DNA of 64,000 nt from Rhynchopus sp. YZ270_cl-10 (lineage: Eukaryota), in assembly GCA_964035575.1 (NCBI GenBank), contig OZ037840.1, forward strand, positions 310,001 through 374,000. Reading direction: 5' to 3'. Under the pieces are notes generated by a model. That model was not told the DNA's origin. It searched no databases and worked only from the letters and a program-made list of their open reading frames with translations. Below are positions 11,732-25,244 of the stretch, one piece after another; within the stretch, counting starts at the first letter, position 1, and the number at the start of each line of letters is the position of its first letter. A program made the translations under genes and the position numbers.

Positions 11732-11927
11732 CATAGTTCGTAGTCCCGCCTGAGTCCGCCTGAGTTGAGACGGACCTACGGCCTAGTCCGCCTGACTCGG
11801 GTGGACTTGAGACGGACCTGGCGGACTCAGTGAAAAGTCCGCCTCAAGTTCGTCTCAACTCGGGGCGGGTCAGGATGGGGATGGGGGGGGTTTTTTTTTT
11901 GGCGGACTCAGGTGGACTACGTAGATG
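11732..11927. mobile_element. Degenerate CAT-terminal MITE, probable 6-bp TSD
   Basis: Ends CATAGTTCGTAGTCC / GGACTACGTAGATG; flanks AAAATA/AAAATG; AGTCCGCCTG 10-bp internal repeats in both orientations. Confidence 0.6.
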
Positions 11928-12710
11928 AAAATGTGTCCTTTTTTATTTTTTGTTTTTTGGACATGAAGAAATGTGAATAGAACGGAAGAAGGACAAGAGA
12001 AAGGTTTCTGAACTATACATGTATGTTTGAAGTCTTGGACTTTAAAAATAAAAAATCAGACGCACAGAAAAATAAAGAAGAAAATTTTTATTTTTTGAAA
12101 ACACAAAACCTCTGTGCATACGTATCCACATGGGCATAGGCAAACCGTACAAAAAAGGGGGGTTTTGGGTCACATTGCGACACAGTAAATGTGGGATGAG
12201 TTGGCTACATAAAAAAGGTAGTCAAGTGTATTTTGAGGGTTTCATGCACGTTTGTACAGATAGGGAGGGGATGTTGAGAAAAAATAATTTTAACAAAAAA
12301 TGTTGAAAAATCAGCATTTTTCCTTTTGTTGTTGTTGTTGTTGTTTGCAGCAAATCTGTAACAAAGAAAATTCGAAATTGCAACTACGCAAAAAAAAAAA
12401 ACTACAAGATAACGCAAACTTAAGCTTCAAGATACAATCAAGAATAACGGCCGCCATGGTAAGCAAAAAATAGCCTGTTTGGTGAGTAAAAGGAGAAAAA
12501 GGCTTTTTCCGTTGATTGCTCAATTACCCCTGTTGGACGGGGGCGATTTGACAACCGTATCGGAGGAAACATTTCTCCTTTAAAGCTACGCTTTGTAGGT
12601 ATAAAACAAAATGCTCGACCCACTCTCGGCGGGCCCGTATGGGGGGAAAAAAACCGCCGCGAAAAAAAAAAATGTAAAAAAAGGGGGAAATTCATTCCGA
12701 ACCGAAACTA

Positions 12711-12790
12711 TGGGAGAACCAGTCCATTCGGAACCGGGTACCGGAGAACCGGGGTACCGGGAAAACAGACGGTTCATAAGGTTCCCCTCA
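12711..12790. mobile_element. Small TG..CA MITE, probable 5-bp TSD
   Basis: Ends TGGGAGAACC / GGTTCCCCTCA; flanks AACTA/CACTA; internal GAACCGGGTACCGG repeats. Confidence 0.45.
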
Positions 12791-12924
12791 CACTAGTGAT
12801 AGCTGTAACTGTGATGATAATACAGAATACATATCACAACACAGCTGCATTGTGTATTATGTATTATGATAAGGCAATCATCACAGTTACAGCCAACCAC
12901 CACCTCACACACCACACCCCCCTC

Positions 12925-15900
12925 TCACAACTGCAACTGCGCACTTCCTAGTTGCTGCCCCCTTCTCGTTGAACTCCACCCATGTGTATGCGAGCGGGTT
13001 GGGCTGAGCAGGTCGTACGAGGACCCTTCCCTTCCTCCTAACCCAAAGGTTCCCCCAAGGAGTGACCCACCACCACCACCTACCTCCGAAAGGATACTTC
13101 CCTCTCTGAGCGTTCCGTGTAGGGCACTGTTGTAGAATGATGCTGAGTGACCGAAGGATGTTGAGATTGGCAGGCTTTCGAAGTCCTCTTCCAGCATAGT
13201 GCATTTTGCGTCCTTGCGTTGTTGGATTATGTTTGCTTCAAGTGTGTCACGCTTTCCTGCAACGAGAACATAAATTTCGGTCACAATATCGGCAAGAATT
13301 TTGACAGTAATCACCGCCATAGTGCACAACAGCAACTTCGCTGCGGTGCCAAAAAGCCAGGACGATTCGTCTCCTTGGAAATACGCTACCGCCATCATAA
13401 GCATGGCAGAAGTTTGAATACCATTGATCACCACCCCCGCAGCGCTGTCTCGTGCACGACAGTGAGGCCAGAGTGTCCCTTCGAGGACCATCATTGTGAA
13501 GAAGATGAAGGCAGAGAACAATTTGATGTATCCACACCCTATCATGTGTGTGGGCTCCACGCTTTGTACTGCAGACAACGCGAAGGCCCCGGCGTACTCG
13601 ATCGCTAGGTACCATACGGTTGGTTGGCGGAATGTTCGGATGGTGGCGGAGAAGCGTTCCACAAAACGTTTTTCGGTGACTCCGGTGTTGACCCATTCCC
13701 CTGCTCCGATGGTTGCGATGATGAAAGGATTGGTGCGATTAGAGGCTATCGCGTAGACCCCAAACCCATTGCGTATCCCATTGAGCACCGCACGCACCGT
13801 TATAATAGGGACAACAACGCAAAGAACCATCGCAGCGCACCCTATTACCCTCTCCACGTTGTCTTGCGGATGTAACGTCAAATTCATTGATGCATATGTC
13901 ACCGATTGGTAAAATGTTTGAAACACAAAAAGTGGGGCAGAAGGGAGGCGTAGGAGACCCTGAGTATCGAGACCTTGAAAGAAAGATGTGCAGCACATAG
14001 GACCTGCCGCCTTCGCAAGGCGAAGGAAGAGGTAGGACAGCACAGCAAACCCGATGGTGATAAGCGCGTTGCCCAGCAGTGCGCCGGCTGCCTCCGAACC
14101 GTTAACGACAAGGCCGGTGGGGTTCAGTTCGCGTGGAAACTTTTTGCCGCGCTGTGCACCATAGGTGCACCACTGTCCTACCAATGCCAGCTGCATGGCA
14201 GACGCTGCCCCTGAAGGCGATCCCAACACGGAGATGGCCGCAGAGGCGCCCAACACCTTGCGTGACGCAGCTGCGTCCTCTTGGTATGCTGCCTGCACAT
14301 CCGGAACAGCTGTCTCATTGATAGGCGTTTCGGCCTCCGCAGCTAAGGGTGGGGCTGTTGTCTCTGGTGTAGATGTAGGTGGTGGTGGTGGTGGTGGTGG
14401 TAGTGTGTCCACATCCGTGGGTGCAGTGGAGGTCGGTGGCGGCAACGTGCTCTGCACCCTGTCGTCCTGCGGTGTAGGTGTCGGTGGTGCGGACGTCAAC
14501 GGAGAGAACGTAGGTGCCGCAGTGTCCCCTGCTGCGCTCCCAGAGGCGTCTGGTGGGTATGTGGAAGGTGCCAGTGTGGAAGGGGCTGGTGTCAGTGGTG
14601 TGGATGTTAGTGGATGGGGTGTGCTTGGTGAAGGTGTGGCTGGGCTAGGTGTCGCCGGGCTTGGTGTGATGGGGCTCAGGGTTGCCGGGCTGAGTGTCAG
14701 TGGAGCTGGTGTTGGTGGACTAGGTGTAGGTGGGCTTGGTGTAAGCGGCGCTGGAGTCGGCGGACTAGGCGCCAATGGACTCGGTGTCGGCGGACTTTGT
14801 ACTGCCGGCGCAGGTGTCAACGGAGCTGGTGTCGGTGGACTGGGTGCCACGGGACTGGGCGTTGACGGGCCTCCTGGACTAGGTGTGCTAGGGCTTGATG
14901 TCGGAGGACTCAGTGTCAACGGACTGGATGTGGGTGGACTGGGCGACGACGGCACAGGAGTCGGTTGACTAGGTGTGGAGGGGCTTAGTGGGCTTAACGT
15001 AAGTGGCGCAGGTGTCAGCGGAACTGGTGTCACTGGGCTAGCTGTTGGCGGGCTGGGTGTCAGTGGTGCTGGTGTGGGTGGATTAGGTGTTGCCGGCGCA
15101 GGTGTTAACGGAGCTGGTGTCGGTGGACTCAGCGTCGGCGGACTTGGCGTCAGTGGCGCTGGTGTGGGTGGTGCCGGTGTTGCCGGCGCAGGTGTTACCG
15201 GAGCTGGTGTCACTGGACTGGGTGTTAGCGGGCTAGGTGTCGCTGGACTCGGTGTCAGTGGAGCTGGTGTCGGCGGGCTTAATGTCGCGGGACTAGGTGT
15301 GAGCGGGCTGGGCGTCAATGGCGCTGGGGTCTGCGGACTAGGCGTCACTGGACTCGGTGTCGGCGGATTGGGTGTTGCCGGCGCAGGTGTCAACGGAGCT
15401 GGTGTCGGTGGACTGGGTGTCAGTGGCGCTGGTGTGGGAGGAGCTGGTGTTGGTGGTGCCGGTGTCGGCGGAGCTGGTGTCAGTGGTGCAGGTGTAGGTG
15501 GTGCAGGTGTTGGTGGTGCAGGTGACGGCGGAGCTGGTGTCAGTGGTGCAAGTGTAGGTGGTGCTGGTGTTGGTGGTGACGGTGTCGGCGGAGCTGGTGT
15601 TGGTGGAGCTGGTGTCGGTGGTGCCGGTGTTGGTGGCGCTGGTGTTGGTGGTGACGGTGTCGGCGGAGCTGGTGTAGGTGGTGCAGGTGTAGGTGGAGCT
15701 GGTGTGGGCGGGCTTGGTGTCGGTGGACTCGGCGTGAGCGGCGCCAACGTGACAACCTCGAAGTACCACGTCCCGCTGGTGAGGATGTCGAAGTCTGCTG
15801 GGCCGCCTACGAAACCTGCACCACCTGAGAAGACTTCACTCTCGTGCAGCACGTCCAGCGACGAGACGTACCAATCATCCGACCCACGCAGGGTCAGCGA

Positions 15901-17689
15901 GACTGTCGACACGTCTGTTGGGGGGAACGGACAGAAGACGTCAACATGCAGCACCCCGCCTGCTTCGGATGAGTTCGGCAGGCCTGCTGAGCAGAGCAGG
16001 CCCCCACGCGACGTCACCTCGATGTCGACGAGGTCTGCTGTCGACTGTCCGTAGTGCGCATCCGACGTGATCGCCAGACGGATTGCGTACTGGCGGTACC
16101 ACACACTCCCCGACAGCACACCGGTGTCCACCAGGAAGGCAGGCACGGTACGCGCCACCCACTGCATCCACCGCGCAGACGTCACCCCCGCCACTGTCAC
16201 AACCTCATACACCTCCACTGCCGTCACCTCCCAGTTGTCTCCGCCGGCATGCGTCAGCGTCAAGGTCTCCACCGCCGGCACTCCAAAGGGGCACGAATTC
16301 TGCAGCACAACCTCCAACCCCCCCGCAGCTGGCACTGTGGTGGTGGTCACGACACAGTCCACACCATCACGGTTGCGTGCCGTGAGGGAGAAGGGGACGG
16401 TGGAGGCGGAGCCTGTAGTCGTGGAGGTCGTGAAGCGGAAGGCACCGGGGGCAGGGTCGGGCAGGGAGAAGCTTAGAAGGGGGAGCTCCCACTCTTCGCT
16501 TACTGGGCAGGTACCGCTGCTTGCATGCACGCAGCCGGAGTCTTGTGTACCACCGACATAAAGCTGGTACCACGCAGTACCATCATAGTAGATAACGCGG
16601 GCTACTTGCCAGCGGTTCGGCTCGAGCGCCGTCGCCCACACACTGCGCAGCTCGGATGGAGGAAATTGGCACAACGCGCTCACCTCGACAATCTGCCCTG
16701 GCAGTACGCTGCCCGCAATGTGCAGAAGACACTCCTCACCACGGGTGGACTCCGCAGTGAGCTTGCGGAGTCCTGAAGAGGTGCTTGGGCCTGTGGAAAG
16801 GGGGTGGGGTGGGAAAGTGTTGTTGTGAAGTTGTGGAATAAGAGAAAAATATTGGATGCGTCTTTCTTGCATCATGGGAAAGGGAAAGGGCAAAGACTGA
16901 AGAAGTAAATTTGATGTGACAGCGACAAGTGTATGCGGGACACAAAAAAAAAAGGTTTGTGTGAACCAAGCCGCGGTTTTGTTAATTGCAGCATCCTCAC
17001 ATCTAAAGGAAAAAAACAAAAACAAAAACAAAAAGCGCATATATCTGGTGTTCATAACCCACTGTATAAACTCATATAAACTTCCCATCTCCTGGGGTAC
17101 CTGGGGGTTTTGGGTTCTTGATTTTTCAAGCCGTTTTTCACGTTTTGTTCTCCCCTTTTTGCCAATCCAGCCAAAAAAAACCCCCCCTCATCAGACATCA
17201 GACCCTAAACTTCCCATATCCACCCCCCTTCTGGATACACCACATACCTGTGAAAAACTTCACCGTCACCACATACGCTAGATACCAATTCACTGCCTCA
17301 ATCAGCGGTCTGGACGACGAGATATCCACCCAGCTTGTCAGCGAACGTGTCACGGGTGTCCACCACTTTACAAACCCACTTCCCAAATCGACCTCCGTGA
17401 AATCCGGCCGCCACCCGTTGCCACTGAGCGCGGTTACCTGCAGGCGGTACATATCACCATCACTGAAGGGACAGCCCCGTGTAAACGTCTCCACCTGCCC
17501 CAGTGTTGGCATTGCCTGCTGCCCCAACAGGCACGCCGTCCCTGCACGGTCGTAGGCCTCAAATATGAGGTCCCCGGTGGTTGGAGCACTCCCGGTGCTT
17601 GCAGTCGTGACGCGGACGGACAGTGCAATGACATGTCTAGGCTGCTCGCAGATGAACAAGAGGGCAAGCAACGTGACACCCCACCGCAT
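12925..17689 (-). CDS. Spliced ~1435-aa surface membrane protein: signal peptide, four PLAT/LH2-like modules, Pro/Thr mucin stalk, multi-pass TM C-terminus (exons 17689-17248 and 16790-12925)
   Basis: Hydrophobic N-terminus [14 protein letters not shown]; donor ACAG|GTATGT at 17247 and acceptor TTTCCACAG|G at 16791 are both phase 1 and fuse the 163-aa and 1387-aa ORFs; repeated motif C..CPF..L.L..G..W.V; PTPAP repeats; at least 7 hydrophobic segments. Confidence 0.88.
14560..15740 (-). repeat. Coding 15-bp repeat array encoding (P/L)TP(A/S)P pentapeptides
   Basis: Degenerate at third codon positions, consistent with selection on the peptide. Confidence 0.9.
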
Positions 17690-18594
17690 CGTGTCTTATT
17701 GGTTGAACTACAAACGAAATTGTGTATCTTTTCTTTTTGAAATGTGAGGTCACCTTGGGGTTGTGTGTAGGGGTAGTTTGAAATGCCAATCAAAATTAAG
17801 AGAGGGGTATGAAAGAGACGGTAAACGTGCAAACACCTCACCGGTTCAATATTTACCAAGAGTTTGTAATTTTATTTCCCAAAATAAAGTGCCAAAAGCC
17901 AAATTGCTTAGGAGATTGTGACCCTTGCGTGATGGGTGTGTGGGGAGGTGAATGGTGGTGGTAAACAAAAACTTTTTGGTCGTAGTCTTCTTATTTTACG
18001 AACCATTAGGAGGAGAGCGCCCAAACGGGGGGGAAAGCCACTCGCGGGTTTTTGCATTTTTTGGTGCCCAAAAACCCAACCCAGGGGTCGAATTTTTCAC
18101 GGATTTTTTTTTTTTTCTGAGATTTTTTTGGTTTTTTGACAAGGCGTTGGCCCATACATTTTGACAGGTACAGGTGGATTTTTGTACAGAAAATGACCGG
18201 GGAATAAATTTGTGATGCTAGTGCCCATCAGACAGAAGAGGCACTGAATACGTTGGAAGTCAGAGATAGGAGGCTGAAGGAGTGAGGGGGGGTAAGCAGA
18301 GGGGGAATAAGGAATGAAAAAAAAAAAAAGTTTGACTTCAGACTATCACTAGATAGCAAGCCACGATGTTTTTTTTTTCTTTGCTTTGCAGGATCCTTAA
18401 AAGAGAGCAAAGAGGAAGGAACAATAAAATAAAATAAAATGTGTGGGTGAAGAAGAGGGGTTGCGTAGGGAGTTGAGCCCTATTGGTAGAACTGTATACT
18501 GCGTTGTTGTTGTTGCTGTTGTTGCTATTTCTGAAATAATAATAAAAACTTTGCTGCATGGAAAAGAAGGGGGGTTTTTTTGTTTGGTCATAAA

Positions 18595-18696
18595 CAGGGT
18601 TCGAAAAAGTATTTTGCCTAAAAAGTGAAGTACTTTTCCGAAAAGTAATACCAAAAAAAAATACCACTTTTTAAAAAGGTACTTTTCCGAACCGTG
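18595..18696. mobile_element. Possible small MITE
   Basis: Ends CAGGGTTCGAAAAAGTA / TACTTTTCCGAACCGTG; internal AAAAGTA repeats. Confidence 0.5.
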
Positions 18697-19696
18697 TATA
18701 CACAACATAACGTCGTCAGTATTTATTGAGAATTGCTATTTTTTTGCAGGGGCGGGGGCGAGTGGAGAGGGGGGGGAAAGGAAAAGGGAGCACATTTTGA
18801 AAACCTTTTTTGTGTACTACTGTTTGACACTTCTGTGTAAAAACATTTGTGTACTCAGGGTATTATATACGTATAGTAAAACTGGTCAGGCTGACCAGTT
18901 TTTGAAATTTTTGGGGGAAAAAAAAAAAAAAAAAAGTGGGCTGGGGTTTTTTGGGGTTTCGCGACCACTTCTTCCACCCCACCCAAAATCCTGCCTCACG
19001 AAAGGAGACTGAAAGGGAAAAAATTATGCCCGAGCCTCCGAATTGGTCAAACGCCGAAGGAAAAGGAAGCATGCAACATGGCGAAATAATAAAAGTAGCG
19101 TACCGTGCGCCTGCGGCGCAAGATTGCAACCCACCCCTTCCCATGACATAGTTTGGCAGTAAAAATGCGCAATTTTAATCACGTTTTTTCGAAATGTTGC
19201 GTACCGTGGCTTCGCTTTGGGTGTCATGACCGCCCTTTCTTTGTTGTAAATGTACTGAGGTTACTGGCAGTTCGTGTGCCTGGCCATGGAGTTGGATAAC
19301 CGAGGAATTCTCACATTCCGCCGGAGGCCCCCAACTTGAGCTGGGTTGGGGACCCGGGCTCAACCGAGTTTCAACGGAAACCCCCAAAACCAAAAATCCC
19401 CTGTTTAAGTCTTTTGTGGTGAAAAAAAATCCTGAAATCCGGTGACCAGTTTTTTTGAAAATTTGAAAAACCTATATAATACCCTGGTGTACTTCTACTA
19501 TAAAAAAAAAAAACGTTTTTCTTTTGAAACCTTGGTTGTATTAGTGTAGCCACCCTAGAGTGTGCTCCACTATATTAGGTGGTTTTTTGGAGGGCAGGGG
19601 AAACACACACAACAATCAAAAGGGTTTTGTGGGGTGTCCCGGGCACGGCGTAATTCAGGTGTAATGGGGTGTAATGGGGCGTAATGGGGTGTAATG

Positions 19697-21083
19697 TGGG
19701 GTGGCCCGGGGGCACGGCGCTTAGTTTTTACAAAAAAAATTTAAAAAAATCACAAAAATCAAAAAAAAAATCACAAAAAATCACAAATTATCACAAAAAA
19801 TCACAAACAACTACTACAAAGTCACGGTACATTTGGTCGACTTCCTGCAATCTGAACAGGGTGGAGATCAATAATCACCACACACTCAGAAGCGAGTAAA
19901 AAAAGCGTAGCCGGCCTCAGACAGTTGTTTATCTTGGCGATTGCCAAGGCACGGGAGCTGGCGGAGGCTCCCCAAGCACGAGGTACCGACTCCAACGGAG
20001 GAGGTAGAGGTGGTGTGCGCCGACACTGACGCGACCCCCGTTACCGAAGCGACTCCGGAAACCGACGCGCCCCCCGACTGCAATTTGTTACATTGCGCTG
20101 TCTACAGCACATAGCCGCCACCCACCTGCACACGCTTGTGTTCATTGGAAGGGTCGAGCCGCCTCTCAAGGCGCGTAAGACCAAGCCGCCGCCGCGCAAC
20201 ATCGGATTGGCCGCCCACATGACGCTGTCATCGCAAATGATGGCATGTTCCTTCTCCAATGGATTTATTGGGTGTATGTTATACTGGGACAATGTGGTCA
20301 GATCGTCTTCAGACCTGGAAAAGTGCACGACATATAAAAGCTTCCGACTGCGGCGGGCGGCCCATTTTCACCCTTTTCTTGTTCCTCATCCTCTCTATGT
20401 TTTCACTTGCCCCTGATGCTGACAAAAATCACGGATTTGTCCATTTCGGCGTATTGACCCCACCACACAACTGTACTGTACTGTATTCCCAATCCCCTGT
20501 GTATACTGCGGAAATTGACCAAAAACGAGAACTTGTCCATTTCGGAAAATTGACCCCACCACTGGCCGGACGGATTCCGGAAATGCAAATGCAAGTGTTT
20601 TCGGCGTGACTGTGTATACTCTATGTACTGTACACTACCACAGCACAGGACCTCATAAGCTCTCAGTAAGCTCTCACAGACTCTCACAGGCTCTCGCAGC
20701 CTGTTACGTGTCTCACGGAGACGATCATAGATCACCCAACAAAAAATCACAAAAACCAAAAAAAAAAATCACAAACAATCACAAACAATCACACAAAATC
20801 ACAAACAATCACAAAAAATCACAAAAAATCACAAAAACCGAAAAAAAAATCACAAAAAATCACAAAAAATCACAAACAATCACAAACAATCACACAAAAT
20901 CACAAAAACCAAAAAAAAAATCACAAATAATCACAAACAATCACAAAAAACCACAAAAACCAAAAAAAAAATCACAAAAAATCACAAAAAATCACAAGAT
21001 TCTTTTTCATAATGTTGTGACTTTTTGTGATTTTTTCCGAAAAAACACAACGCGCCACTTCCCTGCGCGCCCGGGCCACCCCA
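19697..21083. mobile_element. TGGGG..CCCCA element with 5-bp TSD (nested)
   Basis: Perfect TIR TGGGGTGGCCCGGG; TSD TAATG at 19692-19696 and 21084-21088; ATCACAAAAA subterminal arrays. Confidence 0.9.
20740..20998. repeat. Tandem ~10-bp array (ATCACAAAAA / ATCACAAACA)
   Basis: Read directly; shorter copy at 19745-19810. Confidence 0.9.
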
Positions 21084-21369
21084 TAATGGAGTGTAATGGA
21101 GGGAATTTAAACTTTTTGCTTTTTTTGCGTTTTCCCCCCGTTTTTTCAACACGAAAAGTCCAAAAAAGGTGACAACAAATTTTTTTTTGGCGAGTGGAGC
21201 AAAAATAAATTTGCCTGGCTGACCATTGCCGAAGGAATTTTGCACTTTTGACCACAGATTACACGTTGTTTTACGATTTTTTCTATGCACTTATGCGTAC
21301 AGTGCCACCGGTGTTAAATTTTTACTGGCGTGGCTACATAACCGATTCCCCATGTTTCTACCGTGTTTC

Positions 21370-22965
21370 TACACAGTACACAGTACACAGTACACAGTAC
21401 ACAGTACACAGTACACAGTACACAGTACACAGTACACAGTACACAGTACACAGTACACAGTACACAGTACACAGTACACAGTACACAGTACACAGTACAC
21501 AGTACACAGTACACAGTACACAGTACACAGTACACAGTACACAGTACACAGTACACAGTACACAGTACACAGTACACAGTACACAGTACACAGTACACAG
21601 TACACAGTACACAGTACACAGTACACAGTACACAGTACACAGTACACAGTACACAGTACACAGTACACAGTACACAGTACACAGTACACAGTACACAGTA
21701 CACAGTACACAGTACACAGTACACAGTACACAGTACACAGTACACAGTACACAGTACACAGTACACAGTACACAGTACACAGTACACAGTACACAGTACA
21801 CAGTACACAGTACACAGTACACAGTACACAGTACACAGTACACAGTACACAGTACACAGTACACAGTACACAGTACACAGTACACAGTACACAGTACACA
21901 GTACACAGTACACAGTACACAGTACACAGTACACAGTACACAGTACACAGTACACAGTACACAGTACACAGTACACAGTACACAGTACACAGTACACAGT
22001 ACACAGTACACAGTACACAGTACACAGTACACAGTACACAGTACACAGTACACAGTACACAGTACACAGTACACAGTACACAGTACACAGTACACAGTAC
22101 ACAGTACACAGTACACAGTACACAGTACACAGTACACAGTACACAGTACACAGTACACAGTACACAGTACACAGTACACAGTACACAGTACACAGTACAC
22201 AGTACACAGTACACAGTACACAGTACACAGTACACAGTACACAGTACACAGTACACAGTACACAGTACACAGTACACAGTACACAGTACACAGTACACAG
22301 TACACAGTACACAGTACACAGTACACAGTACACAGTACACAGTACACAGTACACAGTACACAGTACACAGTACACAGTACACAGTACACAGTACACAGTA
22401 CACAGTACACAGTACACAGTACACAGTACACAGTACACAGTACACAGTACACAGTACACAGTACACAGTACACAGTACACAGTACACAGTACACAGTACA
22501 CAGTACACAGTACACAGTACACAGTACACAGTACACAGTACACAGTACACAGTACACAGTACACAGTACACAGTACACAGTACACAGTACACAGTACACA
22601 GTACACAGTACACAGTACACAGTACACAGTACACAGTACACAGTACACAGTACACAGTACACAGTACACAGTACACAGTACACAGTACACAGTACACAGT
22701 ACACAGTACACAGTACACAGTACACAGTACACAGTACACAGTACACAGTACACAGTACACAGTACACAGTACACAGTACACAGTACACAGTACACAGTAC
22801 ACAGTACACAGTACACAGTACACAGTACACAGTACACAGTACACAGTACACAGTACACAGTACACAGTACACAGTACACAGTACACAGTACACAGTACAC
22901 AGTACACAGTACACAGTACACAGTACACAGTACACAGTACACAGTACACAGTACACAGTACACAG
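21370..22965. repeat. Microsatellite (TACACAG)x228
   Basis: 1596-bp apparently perfect 7-bp array; source of the six ~540-610-aa spurious ORFs. Confidence 0.99.
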
Positions 22966-25204
22966 CACTGTACAAGGCAAAAATGACCAAAACAGCTGAT
23001 GTTTTGGCCGAATGCCACCCTATCAGGAATATTTTCATGTATTCACACAAATTTTTTCTGGCCTCAATACCCCCAAACTACACGATTTTCGGTTCCGGCA
23101 AATTTTTGGAGCACCAAATATCGCAAAAAAATTCAATTTTTTTGGTGTCGTCCGCACATCCCTTTAGTAAAGACCAAAACACCAAGGCGTTGTAATTCAT
23201 GTGTAATGGGGTGTAAGTGGGTGTAAGTGGGTGTAATGGGGTGTAATGGGGTGAAAGTGGGTGTAATTCGGTGAAATGGGGTGAAATGGGGTGAAAGTGT
23301 GCGTAAGTGGGTGTTAGTGTGGTACCGCCGGGACACCCCATTTTGTTTTTCTATTTTTTCCCCCTCTTTGCAGGCTGTGCGCTGTACCGGAAGGTTTAAA
23401 TAACCTCCCGTCTCTGCCGAAAGAGGTGGGTCGCGGTCAAAAGACTGCTCTTCTCATGAACAAAATGACGCTTTTATTTCCATTTTTTGTAAAAGTTTTT
23501 TGCTGGGATATTGGGCGTTTCGCTGAAAGCTTATTGTGATGTATTTTAGGAACTACAAAATAAAAAACTGAACAAATCAAAACAAAATTTGAAGAAGAAA
23601 AAAAAATGCCTCGCGGATCATTTATACAGTGTATAAATGCTTACTCGGTGAAGGGGGGAAAAGCTTTGGGATATGCATACAATATGTCACCCCACTGAGA
23701 GTGTGCAAGGTGATCCTTCAAACAGAGGGTAACTGCCTTCGGGATGTGGGATTTAAAAAAAGAAAAAAGAAAAAGAGAGAGAGAGAGAGAGAAATTGAAA
23801 TAGTGCAAATGCCTCACCAGAGAAGCCAGTGGACGTCGGGCACTGATGGCAGGGGAGGGGTAAAGAAACAGGTTGGTGAGATACAGTGTGCACCTCAGCC
23901 TCTGGTGCTTTAGGCAGCAAAAAGTGTCACCTTGTCGTTCCCTCACCCCCCCTTTCTTGTAGTTGTTTGATGCGTTGACGCTTCCACACACACTAAAAAT
24001 CACCTGTTGGGTGGTGGTGTTGCGGAACACGGTTGGGGTGAGTGAACGACGTTGACACTTTCCGCTCACAAAGTAGTGTGCGTAAAAATTAAAAAAAAAT
24101 CTGGCTTGGAATACAAAAGCCCTCTGGTGACGGTGTACCTTGGGAGGGGAGGGAAGGGGGACTGTAACTCAACGCAAAACCGCAAAAGGTGGAAGTAAGC
24201 CGTGAAGGGTAAAGATAACATGTTGATACACGCGTTGTGTTTTTTTGAAGAATTTATTTTCCGAAAAAGAATTGAAAAAGAGAAGTGGAAAAAAAAATAT
24301 GGATATTTCTCTCATGCACAACAAATAGAAACCGGCATCAGCACATGATCGTGAGAATAAATAGAAGCCTCACCAAACAGGGGCTGCTGACGCTCCCCCT
24401 CTTGGTCATTGCAAATTAAAAGAAGAACGATTGGAGGCGTTTTGTGTGGGATGCAAGCTTCTGTTATTTCTATTGTGCATTGTAAAGAGAAGGGGTTCAC
24501 TTGGCACATGCCACAGAGCATGTAGCAATGTTTCTGTACAAAAAAAAAAAGAAAAGAAAAAAAAATCCTTCAATATGGCTGAAAGTGATATTCCCGGTAC
24601 GTTTCCGTACCTCTGTTCCCCTTTCTGCCACGGTCAATATTTGTGGACAAAAAAAAAGAAATCGAAACCACAAAAAAAAATAACAAAAAAAAAAAAAAAA
24701 AAAAAAACGTTTTGTGAACATGGGAGAAAGACGATGTATATGAGAGAAACCACACGACGGTGAAGTAAAATAAATTGATTTGTGATTTAAAAAAAAAAAA
24801 AAAAATTGTAGTTTCATCGTTGTAGTACAACAGCGAAACTATAAGTCAAATCACTTTACTTTAGCGTCGCGCAACAAAAAAAAAGGATGGCGTTGATAAC
24901 GTCAGACAATTTCTTGGGATGCAGGCACAATACCACACAATGTGCAAAGGCTAGGAATCACAAAAACGATGCTCTTATTTTCAATAAGACTTTTTTTTTG
25001 GGGGAACATGCAAAATGAAGAAAAATAACAAACTCCCAAGATCGTCACTCGCGACCGACATACACAGTCTCGAACACACACACCCCCCTCTACTACTAAC
25101 GGCTAACCACACGATACCGCCAGACATCCCCATCCCCACTCGCTTTGGGGACGGCCGTGCGCTACCCCTCCACCTTCACGATGTCATCATAAAGGAAGGA
25201 TCCA

Positions 25205-25244
<40 letters not shown>

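Larger units (their letters stand above)
19630..23340. mobile_element. TGGGG..CCCCA element with 5-bp TSD (outer)
   Basis: TIR TGGGGTGTCCCGG / CCGGGACACCCCA; TSD TTTTG at 19625-19629 and 23341-23345; GTGTAATGGG 10-bp subterminal arrays at both ends. Confidence 0.85.

Noticed and set aside
14165..16054. Gly/Val-rich plus-strand ORFs of 267 and 359 aa
   Set aside because: Antisense shadow of the PTPAP coding repeat
16791..17088. N-terminal ~99 aa of the 1387-aa ORF
   Set aside because: Falls within the predicted intron; A/T-tract composition and clear GT-AG sites
21370..22965. Telomeric array
   Set aside because: Internal to a TIR element and lacks the G-run composition of telomeric repeats
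21226..23195. Six long ORFs of 540-610 aa (TVHSTQY / YCVLCTV)
   Set aside because: Stop-free translation of the (TACACAG)n microsatellite; same for the ORFs at 3432-4196 and 34904-35302
25207..25243. Poly-C tract / poly-Pro ORF
   Set aside because: Simple homopolymer with no coding support
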